Below are positions 40,401 through 52,770 of a stretch of 64,000 nucleotides of DNA, in pieces. Position 1 is the stretch's first letter; each line of letters starts with the position of its first letter. Where the stretch lies: positions 62,001-126,000 of the forward strand of contig JALMLS010000143.1 in NCBI GenBank assembly GCA_038496445.1, read 5' to 3'. Under the pieces are notes generated by a model that saw only the letters and a program-made list of their open reading frames with translations, was not told where the DNA came from and searched no databases. This stretch comes from Trichosphaerium sp. ATCC 40318 (lineage: Eukaryota > Protista > Tubulinea). A program made the translations under genes and the position numbers.

Positions 40401-41088
40401 GCACGTTAAAACGATGATGTATCCGTTCATTGTCTTATGCTATTATTAGAAACTGGAGCGTTGTCGCACGTGATAAAGATACTATTTTATATTCTGCTGT
40501 CTTTGATAGAAGCTTTTTAAATAGTTGCGAGCATAATGGGCTATTCTATGTGAACTATCTTTCCCCTCATGATAGCGAAAATATCAACAAAGGATTTGAG
40601 ATTCAGTCACACTCTTTCAAAGCGACAGGTACCAAAACTAATGGTTGCTTAGTCATTGACTTTTGTTCGTAGACAATAAGGTAGAACCGACTTATTTCAT
40701 TCTAAAGGTCTACGGTTATTACACTGCCAGCATCTTGTTGCCAAAAGATCCACCTGTCCCCGCCGAAGTAGCTCTTGAAGAATGTGCTGCCAATGCTTTC
40801 CGTGTAAGCCAAAACGATGTTTCTGTTAAAGTAGCAAGAGACGAGTATACTATAGTTATTGATGGAGGACATGAAATAAAGGAAGAATATGTACAGCAGA
40901 TCATTGACGAAATGATTAAAAAAGGATATAAAATGGATCAAGGTAAGAATTATTGTGATTAGCCTTCATAGCTCATTTATTGTTAAGGAACTGTTGCTCG
41001 TGGTAGCTATAAACATACGTCAGGAAGTACTCATGTCACTTTTGTATTTTCATTGATGGTGGTCGTTGTGGCCATGGTTTTGTTGTAA
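37460..41088 (+). CDS. Secreted trypsin-like (clan PA) serine protease fused to VWD (GDPH) and EGF-like domains, probable GPI anchor
   Basis: Signal peptide; CTGFLIG..ITSQHC (His), YDYVLI (Asp), TLGGSSGSPV (Ser); AWGDPHYTTFDG..FQG, TQGLLGTWDDNPGND (VWD); CSGHGIC..CFCLNGYEGDHC, CVAPGVCKC (EGF); terminal hydrophobic VTFVFSLMVVVVAMVLL*. Confidence 0.88.
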
Positions 41089-41336
41089 AACTCTTTTGTT
41101 AATAAAGCGCAAGCCCTTTTTTACATGTGTCGCAAATAGACTTGTCATGTCTGCAATTATAGTACCTCGAATGTCCACTACTGAACCTGATCGTTAACTT
41201 GAAGTTACAGGAGTGTACTTTTGCGTACTGACAGAAAACTCACGAATATTCGCAAATTTTTGTTCTTTTTCAATTAAATAAGTTTGAAAAGCTACGTCGC
41301 CAAAAATGTACAATGTATTTAGCGCGGTATACGACA

Positions 41337-42752
41337 TGGGTGGCTGTGCTTCACAGTATATCAGTAGTATCTTTGGTAGTACACCGACAGAAGGGCAGAG
41401 TAACTCAAAGCTAGTCTCCGATCATAAACAAGTAGGTTTAAACAATAAAAGCGATAGTTTGGTGTCACTAGATGAAGTTGGTGTATGAACGTTACTTTGA
41501 ACAATCAATTGAACTCATACCACCTATTAGAGCGAAGTGGAACTTAGAAACACGCTTCTTGAGCTGTTTGATAAATACAAATGTGAGGAGGAAGAAGAAG
41601 ACGATGAAATAGAACCAGAAGGAGTTCTGAAGTTCTGTAGTGATCTAGGAGTATCTCCAGAAGACGTAAGTATAGCAGATTTGGCCACCAAAGCGATTTT
41701 ATTATTTTTCAACAGCAATTCGCTTGTTTCGCCTAAAAAGCGTCACAATTGTTAAAACTGCCTACTTTTGATTAAAAATGGACGAAAAGCTCTTCAACGT
41801 CCGAAAACAATTCTCCGCACGTAAAATAAGCTTAAAACCAGCGAGATACTGCAAACACCGCACTTAGTGGTTAAATATTTTATTTTTTTTATGTTCATGT
41901 TGAATTCACCTTTCTCACTCCATTTCTTCTAGCGTAGGATGCTTGTACTCTGTTGGCATATGAAAGCGGCAACTGCTGGCTATTTTACACGTGATGAATT
42001 TATTGGTGGATTTCAGAAGCTACAGTGCAAGTCAATAGCTGTACGTATAAGCCTCTTGGATTTTTTTTTGAAGTGGACTTGTTTTTGGTTGTTTCAATTC
42101 CAGTTTTTTTTATTAGTGTTCTTGGACACGTGTTTCATTTATATGTATTGTATACTCATGTCAAGTCTTTATAGGATCTTAAAAAAAGGTTTAAAATGTT
42201 TGATAAGGAGTTAGAAGATCCTGAAACGTTTCGATCTGTTTATGAGTTTGCCTTTATTTTTTCTAAAGATCCTGATAAGAGACAAATAGGTACGTAAGAT
42301 TCTAAGCTTCATAATGGCGTAGTATTTAAATTTTATGTTTCTTATGCTTGTGCTAGACTTTGAAATGGCTGAAGGATTGCTTGATGTTCTATTCAAAGGA
42401 AAAAATCAATGGGTGAACACGTTTATTAAGTTTTTAAAGGTACAACTCCTCGTCTCTGTCATACCTTAGTAACTTGTTTTTTAGGATGATTCAGTAGATT
42501 CTAGCACAGTTAATAAGGATCAATGGAATACATTGTATGATTTTATAATGACAATCGATGAGAAACTCACTAATTATGACGAGAATGATTATTGTACGAA
42601 TAATTTTTCTGAATAACATTTTTATTAAACTCCTTCCCACGTGCTTAAAGTTCCGAAATTACAAGCTCCAATATTATTTGTGTTGTTAATAGTTTGAAAT
42701 AGGGCCTGTACTGATTGATGAGTTTGTTGAATGGGTAAAGGAACAATCGTAA
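41337..42752 (+). CDS. DCN1-like (defective in cullin neddylation) protein with MGGC N-terminal acylation motif
   Basis: IEPEGVLKFCSDLGVSPED, MLVLCWHMKAATAGYFTRDEFIGG, YEFAF, KDQW, WPVLIDEFVEW. Confidence 0.92.
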
Positions 42753-43206
42753 CGATTTGATTTTAAATAACTTTCTCTCGCTAATTTGTAAATACTGTAA
42801 GACTATAATTGAGGGCTATCCTCGGAAATAAAAAATACCACGTGTGGCTATAGTTATGTCTTAATTTGCTTTAATGTCTTGCACGTTGGCTTCCATTAAG
42901 CGAACTAAAAGGTTATCCTTAGCAAGTTGTTGACATTACATTACATTCAGCATTGCCAACATTCTTAACGGTTTTTTGGACTGATGCTGTCTGTTAGATT
43001 TGATGCCAGCAACAATTAGGAGCGAGAGAACTGCTTTCCGATACTGGTACTGATGTTTCGTTTTTTAAATTACACAGAATTCGTAGCGGAAGTGAACATG
43101 AGAAGTCCAAGGAAAAAGCCAAAAACTGGTTGAGAATTCTACGAAATTTCGTTCAACACTTGTTCTCCACGCTTTCGTCCACACCAAACTTTTAAAACCA
43201 ATAAAC

Positions 43207-44045
43207 ATGTTACAACGTATCCCTCTCACACTAGCATCACGCCAACACGCTGCCAGACGCACCACAGCGCCAAAGTACGTTAACCGCTTGAAAACTTTGC
43301 GAACTCTGGTTTGTTTACAAAACTAACTCTTAAGCAGCAAGCCTTCTATCAAGAAATTCCATACTAACCGCCCAGTCCAAAAAAAGGTACGGTTGAGACT
43401 GTTTTTTAAAAAAAAGCCTCTGCTCACGTGTTTTTAGCGCCTGTAGTAAGAAAGGATTATGATATTAGACCTTCATTCTTTTCTCCATGGGGTTCTTCAA
43501 ATCCCATGTCAACATTCGAAGATTCGTTTTTCTCCCCTGATTTTTTCAGGCCTGAGCAATTTGGATTTAGGAACTTTGACCAATCCGTAAGTTCACTAGA
43601 AAACCTCAGTACTAGAACATCACAATAACGTGTTTTTAGTTAATGAGTGCAAAGCCAGCTATGGATATTGTAAAATCTGATAAAGGATACAACGTTTCTG
43701 TTGAATGTACGTGTCTGTTCATGCCAAAACAAAGAGTCATCAGAGGTTGTGCTCATGTCTTGTTTTTCTTTAGTGCCTGGAATGAAGAAAGAGGATATTA
43801 CTCTAAGCATAAGCGATGATAATATGCTCACAATAAAAGGAGAAACCAAAAAAGAAAGCGAAGAAAAGAATGATTCTGGCGAAGTTATAAAGAGAGAACG
43901 CTATTCTGGTAAATTCATGAGATCCGCACAGCTACCTGCACAAGCTGATTTATCAAAAATCAATGCGAAGTATGACGCTGGTGTTCTTGAAATCGAGATT
44001 CCGAACAAAGCAGAAACCAAAGATATCAAAGTCGACATTCAGTAA
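43207..44045 (+). CDS. HSP20: Small heat shock protein (HSP20/alpha-crystallin), probable mitochondrial presequence
   Basis: VPGMKKEDI..LTIKGE..ERYSGKFMRS..LP..I.AKYDAGVLEIEIP; Arg-rich, acid-free N-terminus MLQRIPLTLASRQHAARRT. Confidence 0.92.
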
Positions 44046-44671
44046 AAATCGGATCGTAACCTCCCTGTAAACATCTCAGCATCTCTTTTTATTAGATAAA
44101 ACCGTATACATAATAAAGCCTATCGTTTGTACTCAACATGTTTGTGTCCCTGTAACGTTAGTACATGTTGTAGCCTAACACTAATGTACAGTTGCAAAGC
44201 AAAACAAAAAAGAGGTGTTTGCGTAGCGTGCCCCGAAGTTAATTGTAGATGCTATTAGTGTTTTTACACGTCAAGCACCTCACGATATTACGAAGAAGAA
44301 GGTATCCCTTTCCTCTTCATTGCAAGGGCAACGAAGAAAGATATTCCACACCATGGCTCTGTGACTCCAAATGAGGTTTCGCAACGAAGTATATTTGTCA
44401 CAGAGCCTGCAATAGTTGAGAATGTTCAGACGAAGTATTAATTATCACTAGGTGTGGAAAAGATAGGGCACATCTACTATGCATCTCACTAACATAAATG
44501 CTCACAAATCGTTTTAAGTTGTAGAAAACTTGCTGTATGAAAATAGTGGTTCAAATTTAACGAAATTTCTGGTACTAAGGAAAAATAAAGAACGACAGTT
44601 ATAGTTTTCGTGTAGCTCATTGAGAACTAGCGAAGCTGCATTTTATACAAGAAGGAATGGCCGGTGATGAC

Positions 44672-47600
44672 TAACGCCCTTCCGTTATGAATACAAGCAA
44701 TATTCATATTCATTGTCCCGTAAGCCACATTCATTAATATTCATTCATGAATATTCATGGGCGTTTGGTGTGTCAGGATGTTGAGGAGCTTTTGGTTTGT
44801 AGCTCCTAGCGATGTTCCAAATGGATAGATTCAACAAGTTGCATTTGAAAACCGAATCGGAATAGTCAACAGAACGCAGAGTGGGAAATATCCTCACTTT
44901 CTGGGGAATTATCCCAACTGGTGGATATTTCCCTGCTCTGCTACTTTTTTTTTTGATTGCCGCTTGCAATAGCTGTGATTTACATAGATAGAAGACCCAC
45001 ATGTGTCATTATTGTGACAGTGTGACGTTTAATTAGGTTTTTATTACACTTTTGTACTTGTTCTTACTTTTGTCCATAGCGACGTGTTTGAGTCCTTTTT
45101 CGTGGTGTTATTTTAGCATGTCCAGCAACAATCGCTTTGTACAATTTTGAAGTAGAGCATGTCTTCGCTAAGAGTAGTCAGAGAACAGATTATGAAAACA
45201 ATTGTTTTTTACCTTGTTGTACTTGTAGCACAATTGGCACTTCAGATAGTTCACCTGACACTTTGTCTTCGACATAGAATTGAGACATGGATTCGCTTGA
45301 ATAGATTGAATTGGATGACTCTGAGCACTCTTGTGAGGGTGATGGAGAGGCAGGTTCTTCCTCTTTTTTTGACTTTCTTTTTCTCTTATTTTTACGTTTT
45401 CGTTTTTGAGTGTCATTTTTACGAGCTGTTACCTTGTCTAACTCAGGAATGTTCTCTTCATGCTCTACAATAATTATTAAATATACTGTTGATGTTACTT
45501 ACCATGTAAAGCGTGAATGGCTTGCTCTTGTACAACTGTTTCAGCAGAATAATCTTGCTCAAAAAGTGAAACAGCAATAATGTGTTTACACTCTTTACCA
45601 GAAGCTTTAAAGCCTCCACAACCACACCTGCCCATTTTCAAGTCTACAGGATATCTAACACGTTTGTAGGTTTGTGATTTAACAGTGTACACCTTACGAT
45701 CTTCATAGGAATCATCAACAAGAGCCACATGATGCTGTAAAACCTGTTAAAAAACACAAAATCAAATAAAATACTTACATTTTCAACAAGTTCACGTGCT
45801 TTTTTCTCTTGTGCAGTTCTGTCAAGCCTGGCTTTTGATTTTCGAAGGTGTTTGCCTCCAGTTAATGCAATCTCTCGCTGAATAATGCAATGATTATCCA
45901 GAATTGCTGGCATAATTTTTGTACAGCGGGAGAGACCATAACGATGTTGAGAATATCCTTTTCATGAATAGTTAGCTAGCTATTATTTTGTTGTTACGTA
46001 CCATAAACAGTCATAAATTGCTTCCACTGTGTCTCCATTTTATTGCTGGTGTTATATAAACCAACACGGCTCTTTCGACCAAAATCAGCCCATGCTGCAC
46101 ACCATTCTTTATCAAGCCTGTGAGAAATTAGGATGTTATTTCAAAGTGCACGTACCAATTCTTTTTGAAGTACAAAAACAATTCGTTGGCTGGTTCAATA
46201 GTTTTTTTTGATGCATTCGTAGTCCATGATTTTGTACGTTTTTGGCACCATTTTTTAAAGTCACGTTCTAGAATATTCAAGTTTTTAACAGAAGTAGCTC
46301 GTTCAAGAATCAAAAGCTGTTCCATCACCTCATCACTGTGCTAATATCAGCTTGAAAGCAAAGTAAACAGTACGTACTATTTTTTAGAGCCATGGCTGTA
46401 TTTGAACAAACATACAATTTTTTTGCCCCACGTTCTATGGTAATGGAACTGACACAATATAAACGCCAAACCCAGCATCAAAATGGCTTTTTTCTCCGCC
46501 TTATCTTTATTGATCATAACTACTGGTTTCCATTCTTTTACGCCTGTACAATAAATTATTTAATTATTAGACGTGTTTTATGTACCATTTGGCAGTTGTT
46601 CCATTTTATCTTTCAACACTTTCAAAAATGCTGCAATATTACCTGCTTTACTGCTAGATGCAATGCATAAAGCACACAAAATGCCTCTTCCTGTTTTAGG
46701 TTCTTCACAAACCACACCCCAGATTGGAAATGAGTACGCATTAAATTTGTACACACTTCAATGCCAATCACGCCTTGGCCATACTTGGCTAGCAGTTTTA
46801 ATGACTCTGCTGTAGCTAAAACTACTGCAAAGTTGCTTTTGTCTTCAGAGGGCTGAAATTCATCTAAAACTGGGTACACAATGTATGGTTTGTTAACAGG
46901 GTCCTGTAGAAAATTGTGCAGCTCTTGAATGATATTTTCAGACCTTGTGTGAGTTAATGTTTGTTTAGTTTGTTGTTTTCGGGGAACTTACGGAGAAGTC
47001 TTTTGATTACTTTTGAGCCAGTCATGTACTGTGCTTTGATCAATTATCCACTTCTTATCTTCTTCATCAACAATTAATTTATCTCGCTTTAATTGACGTC
47101 TCATTTTTCGTAAAGTGTCATCAAAGTCACTTGGCTTGACACGACCATAACGTTCTGAAGTACCATATTCATCTTCCTCAATCAACTTTTTACGTGCCTA
47201 CTAAATTTAGCACGGAAATTAAACAAATAAAACCAAAACGCACCAAGTATAAAAAATAGTCTTCAGGAATAGATTCTCTCGCCTGGAAAGAGGCTAAATC
47301 ATGTACTCCAGTTATTTTAATGGTGGCTTCTTCTTGTGAATTGCAATAAATGGTCCATGTGAGCTTACAACTACAGTTGGTGCAGCTATTGCAAAATAAG
47401 ACTTCTTTGCACATAATTCTCTTTCTATCGGCAAGTTCAGCTGGAATTTTAAAATAAGGAAGAGCTTCTTTTCCCGCGAATCTTGGATTGCTAAAGCAAG
47501 GACCTCCTAATACACCCGTTTGCTTTTTGATTCCATTTCCACAACGAAGAGTTTGAACCTTCTTTTTTTTAGTTTCTAGCTTCCAATGTGCATTATAGTT

Positions 47601-48884
47601 TGTCTTATGTGGTTCAGCAACGGCAATTGTGTTACCGGTACCACTTCTTCCATTGATGTGCCGAGAATAGCTAATAAGTCAGTTTTGATAATTAACCAGC
47701 TTAAAGTACACAAGGACCACAGAAAAGCAGCCACAAGAAGCCACCAAACACTGCAATAAGGTTTTTTTGGTTTGACGTGTTATACTCCCCAAATCACTTA
47801 AAAAAACTCAGTATTGTCTATTTTTTGTTCCCATAGTACGTAGTCAACGTAATAACCCTCATAAGAAGCTTTATAACAATTTGTTGTAGTTTTAATTGAA
47901 ACATGCTTATATCCACATCAACACATAACCCTACGCGCAGCAAAGGTGTTTATGTACTTTTTGATCAAAATGACAACAACTTGTTACTTACTCCAACTAG
48001 TCACGTAATCAACACCAATAATTACACTCTCACACTCACGAAAGATAAAAGTTGAAAATAGGAGAAAATATTAAATTCTCGGGATATAAGGTCTGAAATA
48101 CATGATGCCAGTGGTAAAGGTACGTTTTCATACTCAAAAATTATTTGTGATTTAAACTATCACTGCAATCACGTGGTTTTTTTTTTTTACTATCGTATAT
48201 TCAGAGATTTGGTAAGATTCTTGTTTAATTACACAACTACTAATCTACTATTGTCAACTTCAATAACAGCTCAATAACCTATCACAGCCAAGCAAACAAC
48301 ACGGATTAACAGTACATTGAAGGATTGAGGGAGCTTGTTTTATTGTACCAGAAAAATAATAAAGTAAATTACGATAAATTGTGTCCTTACAGAATTATGC
48401 CATAGTCCATTGTTAAGTTCTTTGAGCTTCAAATTACCAGTTTTGTCATAGGCGAAAAAACCAACAACTAATGTAGTGAGGATGTCAAGGTACAAATGAA
48501 ATGATGTAGGCCCAAAAAAAATCAGTGTAAAAAAGAGTTGGCACTATAATGTGGTTACTCACTATTACCTATCGCTCAAAGTTCTTCCAACCGCTTAATT
48601 AGTATGTAGTAGTGCAGAATCTGAAAAAAAAGAAGAAAAAAAAAGTACCAGCACTCGGAAAAATCCACACTACGGGATATTTCCCTAAAAGGTGGGGATA
48701 TTTCCCTCTCTGTCAACAGAACAGTAAAACCCACAAATCCAGTCAAAATCAGCCATCAAATTGCGCAATTTTCGACCGTTTACTGTGTGCATGAATAATG
48801 AATGAATTTTTTTAGTCGTGAATATTTGTGAATGTAGGCTGTATTTGAATATTCAAATTATTCATTCATAACGGAAGGGCGCTA
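44672..48884. mobile_element. Mutator-like (MULE) DNA transposon, 4213 bp, TIRs and gtgatgac TSD
   Basis: Ends taacgcccttccgttatgaat ... attcataacggaagggcgcta; TSD gtgatgac at 44664-44671 and 48885-48892; diverged subterminal inverted homology (~44875-44955 vs ~48635-48712). Confidence 0.93.
45065..47673 (-). pseudogene. MULE transposase with SWIM zinc finger, intron-containing, frameshifted
   Basis: N-terminal C..CxC..H WRKY/FAR1-like finger; GVIGI[D]SVYKFN (frameshift at ~46758), VMINKD, CQFH, NTSNKMETQW, SWIM CGCGGFKASGKECKHIIAV. Ends approximate. Confidence 0.85.
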
Positions 48885-49331
48885 GTGATGACTTACCGAC
48901 TTATTTTTTCATATCACTCGGTTCCATGGAACAGCTTTAATTCACTTATGTACTTGTCTCGCACCTACAAGCCACTACGCCAAACGTGTATTATTGGCGT
49001 ACAGTTCGCCAGTAATACTGACTTGACTGAAACGGACAATAACGTACTTGTTTGTGGCTTCGAAGTTTCCTAGCGGCTGACCCGGGAAACAAAGGGGATA
49101 GTACATATGGAAAAAACAATACTCTGCTGAAATTGAAGCAAAGATTAAACATGCCAACTAATTTTATTTGGTTTTTTTCTTAGTTGCCTTCAATACATAC
49201 ACTGTTTACTCTCATGTTGATACAAGCTACAAAGGAGGATGAGAAATACGAGAAAACAATTCTAACAAAAAAAGAAAAACGAACCTACAATGTTGGATAA
49301 CCTGGTTATCCAGGTTATTCTGGATTCCTCT

Positions 49332-51238
49332 TTACTTACAATGTACCCGTCGCTTCTTCTTTAATGACATACAACAGATACGTTCTGGTTTTTTAGCAAT
49401 ATCAGGTGTTACTTGCATCTCAGTATGGGAAATTTCAGAAGAGCTATCGCTTGCACTTGTTTCTTCAACAATTGCACTCCTTTTTTCTTTTTTTATTTCT
49501 GTCATCTGGAATGGTTTCCTTTCTTCTATTATAAAACGCTCTGACTCGAAATCATCACTGTCATATGCATCCAAGTCAATAAAAATATCTTCATACTTAT
49601 CATCATCATTGGACTCAAAAGTCGTTTCATTTGATTCTTTTTCTGCTTTAATAAACGCTTTCTTTCTTTCTTTAGATGTACGAGTACATCTCTTATTTTG
49701 TCTGCGTTCTCCAACATCCCGATGCAATACTACATCCATTGGATCTTCAAACTGATCCAAGTCGATGAAAATAACATCTTCATCGTTCTCCTCAGGCACA
49801 CTTTCTTTTTCTTCAGCTATTCTTCTTTGTAGTACAAATTTCTTCTTCTGCTCTCTATTTGCACATCTAGTGCCTGAATAACTCACATCCCATGATTGAA
49901 TGCTCTCATTCGTTGTAGTGTCTGTTGTATTCTCTGATAAATCCATAGCATGTTCTCCAGGAGTGCGTTTTTCTTCACTCGAAGAACATTCTTGCTCTGA
50001 AGCAATAGCTTTTTTCGTAATACGATTCATTCGCTATAAATTAGTTACAATCACAGAGTAAAACATACAACTCTAATAGTACTTCAAAGGCGTCTACAGG
50101 AGACATAGGGAAGAAATCAAGATGAGAACAAGCTAAATGAGCTGGTTCGTTTTCCGGTATTTCTCTATCCTAAATAATGTCATTACTGTTGCTTTTAAAC
50201 TGACAAAGAGGTACCTTTTCTTCGAAATCACGGACTACAGTTTCCGAAAAGAATAGCGCTCTATATTGTAACGTATCTCTTCTGCATAAGAAATTACCAA
50301 CAGTGCCTGAGCCCTGATTTAACAGTACAGCTGCCCACTTCTTGGTTGGCCCATAAGTCAACGAAGCCTTTTGGTAGAATACTATTAACTTTAGATAGTC
50401 ATTAAATTTCTTGTACCTGTTCTAGAAGACCTCCCCATAGCTTTCCACTACGGCTTATTTTTAGCCATTTAACACGTCTAACTGGAACCACAAAATCACC
50501 ATAAACACTTTCAGACTCATCACGAACAAGCCCAAGGTCACTGTCTGAAGCCCACAAGACATCACTCAGTACTTCACCAATGACAAATTCCTTTGCTTTT
50601 GAAGATCTAGCTATAACACGATCACCAATCTTCATTCGAAAGCAAAAAGCGCTAGGGTTGGAAAAAAATAAGAATCAATACGCACAAGCAATAGGGAACT
50701 TGGAGATTTCTAACGTACTCCATGCTGTTAACAAGGCGGCCATGGTGGCCACCATGCTTTATGACATAGGCATTGTCAGCAGGCCAAACCTCTGTTTTCA
50801 TGAAGGCAACTCTTTCTTTATCTTCCATGGCGCTTAAAGAAGGTGAGTGTTTGATATATAATCTTAAATATATAGTACCTCAACCGTGGGTATTCTTTTA
50901 TGATTTTAAAAGCAACCCTGTGCTTTATTGAACCAACGAAGCTATTTTCTGGCTTAGATTTGTTATTTAGACGTTAGATGGCGTACCCAAGTCGTTTAAA
51001 CGAAGGAAATGCTACAGTAGTTGTTAATCCACCAGTCTTCGATGAAGATGAAGGAGAGACGCTAGTTCTACTCTTTATACTCGCAAATACCTAATGGGAT
51101 ACTTGTTACGACAAATACGTCAAAAATAGTGTGATTACGTTCCACAGTGGCGGTTCTGGTTCTGTGCGAGCCTTTTTAGGTCTGGGCTTGCTGTCATTAC
51201 ACTTTGAGCGCTTACGCTTTGTATCCATCCTCAAACAT
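49332..51238 (-). CDS. Hypothetical protein with PUA/EVE-like segment and acidic low-complexity C-terminus, multi-exon
   Basis: Exon MKIGDRVIARSSKAKEFVIGEVLSDV..VRRVKWLK; 232-aa acidic/basic terminal exon containing two IFIDLD repeats. Confidence 0.65.
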
Positions 51239-51314
51239 GAAAGTTTAAGTTGAAGCAATTCAATGAAAGTCAGTCAAGTTCGTTTCAGTTTTATGTGTAT
51301 CTTGGCTTGGTTGG

Positions 51315-52429
51315 TTACAGTTTGGACTTTTTAAACACCCATTTTGGAGACCGTTTCTCATTGAACGCTCTAAGTGCTTCTTTGCTATTGTACGACATAC
51401 CCATTTGTTGTACAAGAGTACTTGATTCTTGAGACTTCATAGATTTAAAGATCGACGCTTCCTGCAAAGACTCCATTACACATTGCTTAGAGACTTGGAC
51501 TGATTCTGGACAACACTTTAATATACTCTTTGCTAAGTCCACGGCAGTTATGAGAAGTGAAGAATCTAGGCATCATTCAGAATGCATGTGCAAACCTCTC
51601 CGAAAAAAAATTCGTAAACAAAATGTGGCGTACTTGGTACAACTTGGCTCACTATGCCTAATTGCTTTGCTTCTTCTACGGGGATTGGCTTTCCTGTGAG
51701 TATATACTCCATAGCTTTATGGTAACCCACAACACGTGGTAATCTAAAACGTAAGCAATTAAAAGATTTGCACATGAAGCTCATGTATTACCTTGCTAAT
51801 CCTCCAGCGAGTGCTGCAAGTCCTACCTTAGGCTCTGGAAGTGCAAATAAAGCTGTATCAGAAGCTACTATAATATCACAAGCTAATGCAATTTCGAAAC
51901 CTCCACCAAAGGCAATACCGTTCACCTTGAACAAATGTCACGTGACATCCAACAAAAAGAAACATTTAAAAAAAAAAGCAAGATTGCTGTTCAGTTGCAT
52001 CACTTACTGCTGCTATCACGGGTTTGAATAAATTAGGTCGTAGTGTTAAACCTCCAAAACCTCTATGGTATTTCTTTAGTTACCATGAAAAAAAAACTTC
52101 GCGTCGGTGTACGTTGAAGGCATCTGAGATATTGATTGTGACGTTTCTGATTTTGTACGTTCAAAAAAAGCTTTCAAATCAAACCCAGCACAAAACGCTC
52201 TACCGTTCCCAGTAACCTAGGGAGATTAGTTTCTGTTTTAGCGACAGTTTTAGCGTGCAATGGCAACACATAGCTCGTCTGTGTCTGAAAACCAGTTAAA
52301 TACTCTATCTAGTTCGCAACAAGCTTCTGGATGAAGCGCATTTAGACGTTTGGGTCTGTTTAGCCGTATTATTAAAATATTTGTATCAATGATCTCAAGA
52401 GTGCAATATTTGAGCCCTTGTAGCGTCAT
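51315..52429 (-). CDS. Enoyl-CoA hydratase/isomerase (crotonase family)
   Basis: [75 protein letters not shown]. Confidence 0.93.
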
Positions 52430-52770
52430 TTGATATATTAGTACGTTTTTGAAAAGTTTTTCAGTTGGGATAACTTTAATCCAAAAGTTTTTAAATACTA
52501 GTAACAAGAAACGTTGTACCAGGTACTAGATAGTTCGTCTAAAGAATTCTTTTTAAAAATCATGACTTTTCCAACCTATTAAACTGTTATTCTTTGAAAT
52601 AGACAACTCTGTCTATCGATCTACTATGGTACATTGAGGAATGGTAGGGCTGAACATACGCTTGAGATTGTCAAAGTTTTTTGCAAGAAAGGGCCTGTGT
52701 CTGGTTGTGACTTGCTTGCTTAAGTTGTTCCGACCGTTTTTGTAAGTCACCTGATACAAAGAAGTCATTG

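Noticed and set aside
43130-43155. Heat-shock element upstream of HSP20
   Set aside because: Only two correctly phased nGAAn units (cGAAatTTCg); the third is off by one base.
44240-49160. Host gene interrupted by the MULE
   Set aside because: Frames are open across the reconstructed empty site but I could not assemble a consistent gene.
49294-49312. Perfect palindrome tggataacc-t-ggttatcca
   Set aside because: Single short instance with a 1-nt loop; function unsupported.
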